Of a DNA stretch of 64,000 nucleotides, positions 45,897 through 55,440 are shown piece by piece. The notes below the pieces were generated by a model. The model ran no database searches. It saw only the letters and a program-made list of their open reading frames with translations, and had not been told where the DNA came from. Source of the stretch: an uncultured bacterium (GTDB taxonomy: Bacteria; Patescibacteriota; Minisyncoccia; Phycocordibacterales; DATDWN01). Within the stretch, counting starts at the first letter, position 1; every line of letters begins with the position of its first letter. The stretch spans positions 25 to 64,024 of the forward strand of contig CAIOTC010000022.1 of assembly GCA_903861205.1 (NCBI GenBank). Reading direction: 5' to 3'. A program made the translations under genes and the position numbers.

Positions 45897-47486
45897 ATGG
45901 CCGTTTCAAAAATTTATAGCGCGCAGACGACGTTGCTCAACGCTCAAATTATTGATATTGAAATCGATTTGTCGAAAGGACTGCATGCGTTTACTATTGT
46001 CGGTCTGGGGGACACATCAGTCGGTGAGGCCAAGGACAGAGTATCATCGGCCATCAAAAATTCCGGCTTCAAGTCGCCGAAAATGAAAAATCAAAAAGTG
46101 GTCGTATCACTCGCTCCGGCGGACATCAAAAAAGAGGGTCCGCTTTTTGATTTGCCGATCGCCATCGCATATCTCATGGCGGCCGAGGAAATCAGAGTTG
46201 ATACCAAAAATAGAATTTTTGTCGGCGAACTCTCGCTCGATGGAGAACTGCGACCGATCAAAGGCGCGCTACCGATTGCTCAAAAAGCCAAGAAGGAAGG
46301 CTTCACGGAAATATTTTTGCCAAGAGAAAACGCCGAGGAAGCGTCGGCCATCTCCGGCATCACAGTGTACGGCGCAAAAAATCTGATGGAGGTTTTGCAA
46401 CATATAAATGTGAAGAGGCAAAAAGAAAGTGATGAAATTGAAGAAGATGGAAAAAAAGTTATCAAACACTTGGAAATGGCGCCGTATGTCCGGCAAGAAA
46501 AAATTTGCAAAGCACGCGAAATTGATATTGATTTCGCCGACGTCAAAGGTCAAGAATCGGCCAAAAGAGGATTGGAAATCGCGGCAGCCGGCGGACACAA
46601 TATCATCATGTTCGGGCCTCCGGGCACTGGCAAAACGATGTTGGCCAAAGCTTTCACGCACATCTTGCCACCGCTTTCTTTCGACGAAGTGCTCGAGGTT
46701 ACTTCCATTTATTCCATTGGCGGAGAGCTCGAGGGAGGACTGATCGAAGAACCGCCTTTCCGCGCGCCGCACCACACCGCTTCGTATGTTTCGCTGGTCG
46801 GCGGAGGAAATAATTTGCGTCCGGGAGAAATTACCATGGCTCACAAAGGCGTGCTTTTCATGGACGAGTTTCCGGAGTTCGACAAAAAAGTTTTGGAAAC
46901 TTTGCGCCAACCGCTCGAAGACAGGGTGGTGACGGTTTCGCGGGCCAAAGGCACCGCGCGATTTCCGGCCAATTTTATTTTGATCGCCACTATGAATCCG
47001 TGCCCGTGCGGAAATTACGGTGTGAAAGGCAAGGAATGCATTTGCAAATCGCAGGATATTGATAAATATAAAAGAAAATTGTCAGGGCCGATCGCCGACC
47101 GCATCGACATCTGGGTGGAAGTTTCAAAAGTAGAGCACGAAAAACTGACCGACGCGCGCGACAAAAATCTGATGACAGAAATATTAAAGGAACGTGTGAG
47201 GAAAGCGCGGGAAATCCAAAACAAAAGATATGAAAGCTTGGGATTGAAAAATAAAACAAACGCCGAACTGTCGCCAAAACATTTGATTGAATTTGTGAAG
47301 CTCGACGACAAAATCAAAAAAATATTGAACGACAGCGCAAAAAGATTGGATCTGTCTGCTCGCATGTATCACCGCATCATCAAAATCGCCCGCACCATCG
47401 CGGACCTCGCCGGTCGGGAAAATATCGAACAGGATGACATAATGGAAGCGCTGACATACCGCCCGAAAAAATACCAGGTGATATAA
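45897..47486 (+). CDS. comM: ComM/YifB Mg-chelatase-like ATPase
   Basis: AAAGGHN, GPPGTGKTMLA, PFRAPHHTAS, MNPCPCG, ARTIADL. Confidence 0.93.
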   Translation: MAVSKIYSAQTTLLNAQIIDIEIDLSKGLHAFTIVGLGDTSVGEAKDRVSSAIKNSGFKSPKMKNQKVVVSLAPADIKKEGPLFDLPIAIAYLMAAEEIRVDTKNRIFVGELSLDGELRPIKGALPIAQKAKKEGFTEIFLPRENAEEASAISGITVYGAKNLMEVLQHINVKRQKESDEIEEDGKKVIKHLEMAPYVRQEKICKAREIDIDFADVKGQESAKRGLEIAAAGGHNIIMFGPPGTGKTMLAKAFTHILPPLSFDEVLEVTSIYSIGGELEGGLIEEPPFRAPHHTASYVSLVGGGNNLRPGEITMAHKGVLFMDEFPEFDKKVLETLRQPLEDRVVTVSRAKGTARFPANFILIATMNPCPCGNYGVKGKECICKSQDIDKYKRKLSGPIADRIDIWVEVSKVEHEKLTDARDKNLMTEILKERVRKAREIQNKRYESLGLKNKTNAELSPKHLIEFVKLDDKIKKILNDSAKRLDLSARMYHRIIKIARTIADLAGRENIEQDDIMEALTYRPKKYQVI

Positions 47487-47671
47487 TATAAAATTTTTTC
47501 AATGTTCGTCCGTGCAGTATTTTTCCTCGACCGCCAGTCGTCTCCTGCGGACGACCGGCTCTGATCCTCGGCCGTGACTTGTCAAGATGGAATGCCTTGA
47601 CAAGTCCAAGCTCACGGCCTGCGGAGCCGAGGAAAAACACTGCACTACCGAACCTTTCAAAATTTTATATT
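47485..47671. repeat. Branched hairpin element family A, copy 2
   Basis: Same loops and junctions as 5477-5633, with different but complementary stems. Confidence 0.88.
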
Positions 47672-47726
47672 AAATTCTTGACTTTTTGCTTGAAAAGTAT
47701 AGTTTGATACATGGAGGAGACATCTT

Positions 47727-48131
47727 ATGTATAACACCAGTATAGTTGTACCCATTGAAAAACGACGACCAAACAAGGTTGATTTACTTCAAATAGAAAT
47801 CAGTTCTTTGCAAGGAGTGTGTGATCATTTATTTGTGCCATTTGAACCAGTGATTCTTCAGGAGTCTTTGGTTCCGGAAATTTTTCTGGCAAATGACAAG
47901 CACGGATACACAAACCCCCCGTGTATTAAAACCCAATGCACACGGTGCAGTTTCCGTAAAGAGTTTTCAGTCACTGACATATGTCCAAAGTGTATGCACG
48001 AAATGATTAAGGGAGAACTTGATCGACCTCGTGAAAAATATCACGGTGAGCAGAATGGATATAATTCTTCCCGGATATACACTTGCAATAAGTGCGGTTT
48101 CACTTTAGTCGCAGACGAATGGGATCAGTAA
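47727..48131 (+). CDS. Hypothetical Zn-ribbon protein
   Basis: GGAGGAG RBS; CDH, CTRC, CPKC, CNKC. Confidence 0.65.
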   Translation: MYNTSIVVPIEKRRPNKVDLLQIEISSLQGVCDHLFVPFEPVILQESLVPEIFLANDKHGYTNPPCIKTQCTRCSFRKEFSVTDICPKCMHEMIKGELDRPREKYHGEQNGYNSSRIYTCNKCGFTLVADEWDQ

Positions 48132-48213
48132 ATCCAGTCAAGGCGCTTGGTTAATAACCGGCGCTTTTTATTTGTATTTTTCTATTGACTAAAGACTATC
48201 AACTAATGACTGT

Positions 48214-49248
48214 TTAAAAAGGATTCTTGGCGCCACGAACTTCAAAGTGAACGTGATTGCCCGTTGAATTTCCGGTCGAGCCCATTCGGCCGATTGACTG
48301 GCCTTGACTGACACTGTCGCCGACAGAGACGTTGACTTGGGACATGTGACCGTAAACAGTTTGGGTGCCGTTTGCGTGACTGATAACCACATACTCGCCA
48401 TAACCGCCGTTCCAGCCGGAACTTTTGGCCACGATGACCGTACCATCGGCAGCCGCCATGATGTTGGTGCCATAAGCCGAGGCCAAGTCGACGGCGTTGT
48501 GGCCGTGAATGCCTTGCGTTTTGATGCCTCCAACAATCGGTCGCAAATAATAACCGCTATACGACGGAACCGAACCTGTCGAACCCGAACCACCGGATGG
48601 TTTTGATCCACTGCCTGGAGAAATTGGCGTTACTTCGCCGTCCGGAATGAAAATTGTGTCGCCGAGGGCCAGTTTGGAATTTTTGGTTAGGTTGTTGTAT
48701 TGCAAAATTTCGTTCAAGTCGCCGCGGTATTTATTGGCTATGCCTTGCAAAGTATCGCCCTTGACCACAGTGTGAGTAATTCCGGAAATCGGCATGATAA
48801 CAAGCGTTTGACCCTCCTTTATCGTTTTGCCGGAGAGGTCGTTTGCCCAAACGATGGTGTTAGTCGTCACGCCGAACATTTTGGCGATGGCCGGCAAAGT
48901 GTCACCCTTGCGGACAACATACAAACTGATCTGGTCGCTTTGGCTGGTATGGTCCTGGCCGTCAGTAAACGGTCCTTGAGCCTCGGGCAAAATGGATGTT
49001 CCACCTACAATCGAAAGGTCGTTTTTGGTCGTTGACGCGCCGAGGTCGGGGGAGATAGCGGCCTGCAGTAAAGCCATATTTTGCGAGTTCGGCAATTCTT
49101 CGCTTGCGTCCGCCTTGTTGCCGGAAATGAAATCTATGATGGACGAAAAAATACTGGCTTCGGCTCGAAGCGGTGTTAGAAGTGACACAAATAGAATGAA
49201 AACGGGCACCAGTGTCAATATGTTCACCCAGATTTTGCTTGATCCCAC
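48214..49248 (-). CDS. LysM-M23 peptidase
   Basis: Two LysM repeats; HNAVD, YGHM, HVHFEV. Confidence 0.93.
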   Translation of the reverse strand: MGSSKIWVNILTLVPVFILFVSLLTPLRAEASIFSSIIDFISGNKADASEELPNSQNMALLQAAISPDLGASTTKNDLSIVGGTSILPEAQGPFTDGQDHTSQSDQISLYVVRKGDTLPAIAKMFGVTTNTIVWANDLSGKTIKEGQTLVIMPISGITHTVVKGDTLQGIANKYRGDLNEILQYNNLTKNSKLALGDTIFIPDGEVTPISPGSGSKPSGGSGSTGSVPSYSGYYLRPIVGGIKTQGIHGHNAVDLASAYGTNIMAAADGTVIVAKSSGWNGGYGEYVVISHANGTQTVYGHMSQVNVSVGDSVSQGQSIGRMGSTGNSTGNHVHFEVRGAKNPF

Positions 49249-49459
49249 CCTGCCTTGTGGGGTGATTTTAAGACCATTGCTAGATCGAGGATCCTGATTT
49301 TTGCTTATAATAAGCCAAAATTTAACGAAAAATTCTGGATTTCCTGAAAAAATGGCTCTGTTGAGCCAAATGACAATTCTGAAGCTTACATGAATATTAT
49401 ATAGTTTTCTCTGCCAGGGTCAACACAGTTTTGCACTTTCGTGTGTTATATTTTGGAGC

Positions 49460-49581
49460 ACAAATTTCTTACGAGCCAAAGCAATTTTGGAGCACGGATA
49501 TTTTTCTGCTGAAAAATTCCTCAAGCCTCCGCTCGCCAGCGTCCGGAGTCTCCAAAATTGCTTCGTCTCGACGAAATTTGT
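49460..49581. repeat. Branched hairpin element family B
   Basis: Core identical to 18653-18717; outer stem related to 5787-5910. Confidence 0.9.
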
Positions 49582-49634
49582 TTAGTGGTTGAGTTGGTTT
49601 AGGAATGGTAAATATTTTATGATAAACTTTCGGG

Positions 49635-51662
49635 ATGGATTATTTGGAAACATTGAATGAGGAGCAGAAAAAGGCGGTTTTGGCGACGGAAGGGCCGGTG
49701 TTGATCGTGGCGGGAGCAGGAGCGGGCAAGACCAAAACCATTACACATAGGATTTTGCATTTAATACGAACAGGAGTCAGACCGGAAAACATTTTGGCCA
49801 TCACTTTCACCAACAAGGCAGCGCGGGAAATGCGCGAGAGGGTGATGCTGTTACTTGAATCCCCGAGGACTGACCTTAAAATTCAAATTTCCCAAGGTCA
49901 GACCTTCGGGATTCCGTTTGTAAGCACTTTTCATGCCCTTGGAGTCCAGATCATCAAAGAAAACGCTCCACTTTTAAAACTGCCGAGGCATTTTACCATT
50001 TTTGACAAATCCGATTCTAAGAAAGCTTTGAAGGACGCTTTTAATTACATTGGTGTCGATCCGAAAGAAGTTATCGAAAAAGTCCAAAATATTATTTCGT
50101 CCGAAAAAGGACGAGGAAACAGCCTGGCGGATTATTTGGAAAGGGGAGCTTATGACTACACATCCGAGCTGACGAAAAAAATTTGGCAGAGATATGAGGA
50201 GATTTTGTCGCGCGATAATGCGCTGGACTTTGACGATTTGCTTCTCAAAACGCTCAAACTGCTTAAAAATCCGGAAGTTTTGGAAAGATATCAAAACAGA
50301 TTTGTTTATATCCACGTGGACGAATACCAGGACACCAACCTGGTGCAGAATGAAATTGTGGCCATGCTGGCGCGGAAAAATAAAAATTTGTGTGTAGTTG
50401 GAGACACGGATCAAAATATTTATTCGTGGCGAGGGGCGGAAATAAAAAACATGTTGCATTTCGAGAGAACGTATCCGGACGTCCAAACTTTTTTCCTGGA
50501 AGAAAATTATCGCTCGACCAAAACCATTTTGGCGGCGGCTAACGATGTCATTCAGAAAAATAAATACAGAATTCCGAAAAAGCTTTTTACCAACAATGGT
50601 GATGGTGAAAAAATCGGCTTGTTTGAAGCGCGAAACGAAACGGATGAGGCGCATTTTATCGCATTGAAATGCAAAGATTTGATTGAAAGTAACGTGCCGG
50701 CCGATGAGATGGCGGTGCTTTTTCGGGCCAATTTCCAGTCACGCGCACTGGAAGAAGCTTTCCTGGCTTACGGTGTGCCGTATCAAATGCTCGGGACTAA
50801 ATTTTTTGAAAGAAAGGAAATCAAAGACGTCATGAGTTTTATCAAAGCTTCGCTTAGCCCGGAAAATTTGTCGGATTTTGCCCGCGTTATAAATGTGCCG
50901 GCGCGTGGCATAGGCAAAACAACGCTCCAAAAAATCGTGGCGGGGAAGGAAAATGAATTGCCGGCCGGTATGCAGTCAAAAATCCAGAATTTCCGAGAAA
51001 TGCTTGCCAGTTTCAAAATAATTTTGGAAAAAGAAAAACCTTCGGTGGCGGTCAAATATATTATCGAAAAATCTGGAATGGAAAAAATGTATTCGACCGG
51101 TCTGGAAGAGGATAGCGACCGGTTAGAAAATATTATGGAGCTCGTTTCATTAGCTACAAAGTATGACCCAGTAGTAGAAGTCGGCATTGTGCCAAAGCAC
51201 GGAGAAGAAGATGCCGACTTCACTACGGGGCAAAGTGCGGAAGAATCGAATGAATCAGCCATCGAAAAATTTCTGACTGATTGTTCACTGACATCGGATC
51301 AAGATTCACTCGACGGACAAAAAACTGGAGTGAAGCTCATGACCGTGCACAGCGCCAAAGGTTTGGAATTTGATTACGTTTTCATTTGCGGACTGGAAGC
51401 CGACCTTTTTCCGCACAAAGGGTTTGGCGAAAAGCGCAAATCCGGCGAGGAGTCGGAGGAGGAGCGCCGACTTTTTTACGTCGCTTTGACGCGAGCAAGA
51501 AAAAAACTTTTTCTGACTCACGCCGGAACACGAACCATTTTCGGTTCGCAGGAAGTGAACTCTCCGTCGGAATTTTTGGACGATGTGGCGGATAAATATG
51601 TGGAGAAAGAGTCGTATTTCGGCGTCGAAAAAAGTGAGCCGATTTTCAAAATTGAGTTTTAA
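49635..51662 (+). CDS. pcrA: UvrD/PcrA helicase
   Basis: AGAGAGKT, VDEYQDTN, VGDTDQNIYSWRGA, NYRS, HSAKGLEF, EERRLFYVALTRA. Confidence 0.93.
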   Translation: MDYLETLNEEQKKAVLATEGPVLIVAGAGAGKTKTITHRILHLIRTGVRPENILAITFTNKAAREMRERVMLLLESPRTDLKIQISQGQTFGIPFVSTFHALGVQIIKENAPLLKLPRHFTIFDKSDSKKALKDAFNYIGVDPKEVIEKVQNIISSEKGRGNSLADYLERGAYDYTSELTKKIWQRYEEILSRDNALDFDDLLLKTLKLLKNPEVLERYQNRFVYIHVDEYQDTNLVQNEIVAMLARKNKNLCVVGDTDQNIYSWRGAEIKNMLHFERTYPDVQTFFLEENYRSTKTILAAANDVIQKNKYRIPKKLFTNNGDGEKIGLFEARNETDEAHFIALKCKDLIESNVPADEMAVLFRANFQSRALEEAFLAYGVPYQMLGTKFFERKEIKDVMSFIKASLSPENLSDFARVINVPARGIGKTTLQKIVAGKENELPAGMQSKIQNFREMLASFKIILEKEKPSVAVKYIIEKSGMEKMYSTGLEEDSDRLENIMELVSLATKYDPVVEVGIVPKHGEEDADFTTGQSAEESNESAIEKFLTDCSLTSDQDSLDGQKTGVKLMTVHSAKGLEFDYVFICGLEADLFPHKGFGEKRKSGEESEEERRLFYVALTRARKKLFLTHAGTRTIFGSQEVNSPSEFLDDVADKYVEKESYFGVEKSEPIFKIEF

Positions 51663-51919
51663 CGTTTCTTTTTGTAGATATGACGCCGATGATCAACCAT
51701 TTGAATTACAATGGCTTCTCCAAGAACTTTGTATAAAACCCTATAATCTCCCACGCGCAGTTTGTATATTCCTTTCAAATCATAGTGCAAAAGTTCCGGT
51801 ATTATATTTTCGTAGTTCTCCGCCAACCACGACACCTTGGCAACAATTTTTTTAGCAATAGAAAAATCAATTGATTCTAGGTCATCAACAGCCCGCTTAT
51901 CCCATTTAACTGACACCAT
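51659..51919 (-). CDS. RelE/StbE family toxin
   Basis: LKGIYKLRVGDYRVLY...HRRHIY. Confidence 0.9.
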   Translation of the reverse strand: MVSVKWDKRAVDDLESIDFSIAKKIVAKVSWLAENYENIIPELLHYDLKGIYKLRVGDYRVLYKVLGEAIVIQMVDHRRHIYKKKR

Positions 51920-52100
51920 ATTTTTTCAAAACTTGATTGTGAGAAACAAGAAGCGACTTATTGTTCATACGTGTTTTCAATTTTTTGAGAAAAGATTTGT
52001 CCAGCGTTAAAAGACTGTCGGGATCTCCGAGTAATTCATTTAATTTCTTTTCAACAAGAAAATCTATTTTTTTATTGAGATATTCTAAGGTCATTTTCAT
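51906..52100 (-). CDS. Putative antitoxin
   Basis: 64 aa, directly upstream of and overlapping relE; LLGDPD motif. Confidence 0.7.
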   Translation of the reverse strand: MKMTLEYLNKKIDFLVEKKLNELLGDPDSLLTLDKSFLKKLKTRMNNKSLLVSHNQVLKKYGVS

Positions 52101-52158
52101 ATTATAACATAAGCGACATTTTTTCACAAAAAGATGAAAAGAATGTATAATTCGCAAC

Positions 52159-53007
52159 ATGCAAGCAAAGAAATCACTGGGACAACATTTTTTGAAGTCA
52201 CAAAAAGCCATTGAAACGATGGTGAAAACTTCTGGCGCACAGACCGGTGATTTGGTGTTGGAAATTGGGCCGGGAATGGGGGTTTTGACGGAAGCGCTTT
52301 TGCAGGCTGGTGCAAGCGTGGTGGCAGTAGAAAAAGATGATTTGCTCATTCCTGTTTTGGAAGAGAAGTTTGAGAAAGAAATAAAATCTGGACAACTGAA
52401 ATTGATTCACGATGATATTTTAAATTTTGACGTGTCAAAGGTGCCCTTTGGCGGTTCCGAATTGCCAAGGGGCACCCTTGACACTTATAAACTTGTAGCA
52501 AATATTCCATATTACATTACCGGACAAATTATCAGAATATTTTTGGAAGCGGAAAATCAGCCGGAGTCGATGACTTTGCTCGTCCAAAAAGAAGTGGCCG
52601 AGAGAATCGTGGCTCGTGACGAAAAAGAAAGTTTGCTTTCGCTTTCGGTCAAAGCCTACGGCACGCCGAAATATGTTGAGAAAGTCCCACGCGGAGCTTT
52701 CGCTCCGGCACCGAACGTCGATTCGGCCATCATTCACATTTCAAACATTTCCAAAAATAATTTTCGCAAGAACGGTTCTTGCGAAAAATGTGAAAAAGAA
52801 TTTTTTGAGTTGATCCATGCCGGATTCGCTCACAAACGTAAAATGCTTTTGCCAAACCTCTCCTCGCTTTACGCAAAAGACGCGCTTTCGCGCGCCTTCG
52901 CAGAATGTAAACTTGATGTCAAATGCCGAGCAGAAGACGTTCCTCTCCAAAAATGGTTTGAACTTCTGCGAGAACTGTTCTCGCAAGAAGAAATTATTGA
53001 ACGGTAA
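52159..53007 (+). CDS. rsmA: 16S rRNA dimethyladenosine transferase
   Basis: KKSLGQHFL, LEIGPGMG, ANIPYYIT, QKEVAERI, F.PAPNVDSA. Confidence 0.96.
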   Translation: MQAKKSLGQHFLKSQKAIETMVKTSGAQTGDLVLEIGPGMGVLTEALLQAGASVVAVEKDDLLIPVLEEKFEKEIKSGQLKLIHDDILNFDVSKVPFGGSELPRGTLDTYKLVANIPYYITGQIIRIFLEAENQPESMTLLVQKEVAERIVARDEKESLLSLSVKAYGTPKYVEKVPRGAFAPAPNVDSAIIHISNISKNNFRKNGSCEKCEKEFFELIHAGFAHKRKMLLPNLSSLYAKDALSRAFAECKLDVKCRAEDVPLQKWFELLRELFSQEEIIER

Positions 53008-54478
53008 TCGTTACTATACTGGTCATCCCGTTGTACGTCACGGCGATCGTTGCTGTGCCTTTTGAGACCGCCATAACTTGACCGCTGTGATCGGCGCTTG
53101 CGGCGTACGGATTGAATGTGACCATTTTGGCCACGGCCGGATTGCTTGAAATCCAGCTGGCTTGCGTTGTAATGGCCGACAAAGAACCTCCTGTCGTAGA
53201 ATTCTGCCAGGCTAAAAATTGGTAAGCGCTTCCGACCGACAGTGTGATGCTCGATGGCTGGACCAAAATATTTCCGTTGGTCGTCGCTCCTCCCGGCGAT
53301 GATGTATTACACGACGCTTTGCCGTTTATGAACGCTCTCGTGCTGGAACCAACATAACCCGTCCCGGCAGTCAAACCAAGTGGTGTCAAAATCTGGTCAG
53401 CATATTTTTCCTGGTAGGCAACAACAGCCTGATAAACAGCGTCATCGAATGTGCTTTGCGACTGAGGTAAAAGCCCTTCTCCGGCCAAAACGCCTGTTAA
53501 ATATGTTACGGCTGTTCCACTGTCACCTTTTTGGAGGTCGGATGTCAGAGGAATGCACGACGTTGAACCAGATGTTGAACTATTTGTAGTCGCAGGGGAT
53601 GGTGGCACATATTGGCTGAGCTGGCCCTGTAAATCGGCCAGTTGTTTTTTGTACGTGGCAATCATATTGCTCACATAATTCGTCGTGGCTTGTTGCGCAG
53701 TTGATGCGTTGGTCACGACAACAGGCGTCGTCTGGTTTCCGCCAGTCGTAATGCCCGAACCGCTTGGATTTATAGCTGCGCCGTTGGAAAAACTACCTTT
53801 GGCGCCTGTCATATCGGTCACCCAGTTGGTGTAAGCGTTTTGGGACAAATTACCTCCGTAGCCAAAATATCTGTCCAGGGCGTATCCGGCATTAACCATC
53901 TCTCCATTTGGCAATTTGATATAGGCCTGATCGGGATTATAAGTTCCGCCGAGCAAATTTTGAGGAACCATAACCACCGTACCGCCCGTACATGCTGCCA
54001 GTTTTTGCGCGGCATCAGTTGTAGCATACCAAAGAGGGTTTATCGGCACTTCAGGCTGAACTCCAGTTTGAGGATCAGGAAAACTCAAGCCTTTTACGTC
54101 ATTCTGGAGATAATTACTCGATGATCCACTGAAATTGCAGCTAACACCGTCAACCGGCGCAATAGTTATCGTGCCAGTCCCGCCATTTGAGCCGTTGTTT
54201 ACGGGCGGTAAAGTTGCGCAAGCATTGTAACAATTCGAAACGGTGTAAGCGCCCTGGCCAGTCGGATCAAGTTCGCATGAGTTGCCGGTGCATTTGTAGC
54301 GCACGGGAATCGGTGAACCGGCCACGCAGGAATTGTTGCAGGTGGCGGTGGAATACGGGCCATAGCCGGAAATAGCAGTGCATTGACCTCCAACGCAAGC
54401 ATAATCAGCATGAGTTAATGTTGGTAAAACAAATAAAAAGACTAAACTTAACGAAAATAAAATAAAATATTTTTTCAT
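52994..54478 (-). CDS. Secreted surface protein: Cys-rich repeats, peptidoglycan-binding-like domain and Ig-like (Big_2) domain
   Basis: Signal peptide; two YxC...C...C...C repeats; AVVAYQ...TGYVGSSTR; WISSNPAVA...GTATIAVT. Confidence 0.78.
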   Translation of the reverse strand: MKKYFILFSLSLVFLFVLPTLTHADYACVGGQCTAISGYGPYSTATCNNSCVAGSPIPVRYKCTGNSCELDPTGQGAYTVSNCYNACATLPPVNNGSNGGTGTITIAPVDGVSCNFSGSSSNYLQNDVKGLSFPDPQTGVQPEVPINPLWYATTDAAQKLAACTGGTVVMVPQNLLGGTYNPDQAYIKLPNGEMVNAGYALDRYFGYGGNLSQNAYTNWVTDMTGAKGSFSNGAAINPSGSGITTGGNQTTPVVVTNASTAQQATTNYVSNMIATYKKQLADLQGQLSQYVPPSPATTNSSTSGSTSCIPLTSDLQKGDSGTAVTYLTGVLAGEGLLPQSQSTFDDAVYQAVVAYQEKYADQILTPLGLTAGTGYVGSSTRAFINGKASCNTSSPGGATTNGNILVQPSSITLSVGSAYQFLAWQNSTTGGSLSAITTQASWISSNPAVAKMVTFNPYAASADHSGQVMAVSKGTATIAVTYNGMTSIVTITVQ

Positions 54479-54531
54479 ATGCACATATTGTATCATTTTT
54501 TCTTGCTCCGCATGATATACTTATACACAAC

Positions 54532-55371
54532 ATGCCGGAAACAAACACCCGAAAAATTTTTGTTGTGCTTATCATTTGCCTGGCTATCGTGGCATCAGTG
54601 GCCATTTGGCAATGGCGAGCAAACTCGGCAACGTCGGAAACTCCAGCAAACACCGCCGACGTTGTTTCTGACAACTCAAACACAGACAACGCCAACTCCG
54701 CCGCGCAAAACTGGCAGGGAATTTTGTCGAATATAAAAAGCGACACCACGTCCGTTTTGGCGAACAATGACACGACAAATCCAACAGACGGAACATTGAC
54801 CGCCCAAATGGCCCAGGACTTTTTCTCCCAATATCTCGCTTTGAAACAAAACAACGGCACAGTCACGGCTGATGAAGCCAACCAAATCGCTCAAAGCACA
54901 CTGACTGGCGCAGCCTACACCAACGCCACCGGCGTCCAATATACGGCCAAGGATCTGCATATAAACGCGCAAACAAGCAGGGAGATCGTGCAGAAATATC
55001 ATGACGTTATAAACACAAGCCTTAAAAACAGAGCATTGAAAAATAAAGTTGACCCCCTTGCAATTCTCAACAGCGCGGTGAAAAACGGAAGCACTGCTGA
55101 CTTGGCAGAACTCAACCCTCTTATTGTAAATTTCAAAGGCGTTGTTTCAGATCTTGCCAGTATGTCAGTGCCAGCCGACGCCACCCAAGTCCATTTGGAT
55201 TTTCTAAACGCTTACAGCAATATTTTGGCCAATTTAGAATCAATGAAACTGACATTCTCCGACCCGGTTAAAAGTTTTGCCGCAGTCAGCCAATACAAAC
55301 AACACCTAGCAGATTTGCAAACTGCCGTGCAAAAAATTGACGCATATTTTTTGGCAAAATTAAAAAGTTAA
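54532..55371 (+). CDS. Single-TM hypothetical protein, first gene of the T4SS-like cluster
   Basis: N-terminal TM; helical; VPADATQVHL, DPVK. Confidence 0.72.
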   Translation: MPETNTRKIFVVLIICLAIVASVAIWQWRANSATSETPANTADVVSDNSNTDNANSAAQNWQGILSNIKSDTTSVLANNDTTNPTDGTLTAQMAQDFFSQYLALKQNNGTVTADEANQIAQSTLTGAAYTNATGVQYTAKDLHINAQTSREIVQKYHDVINTSLKNRALKNKVDPLAILNSAVKNGSTADLAELNPLIVNFKGVVSDLASMSVPADATQVHLDFLNAYSNILANLESMKLTFSDPVKSFAAVSQYKQHLADLQTAVQKIDAYFLAKLKS

Positions 55372-55440
55372 AAAATTTTACTTTTCAACAGAGCACGCTG
55401 GGATTTTAAATGAGTATTGATATATAATATAAGTGCGGTA

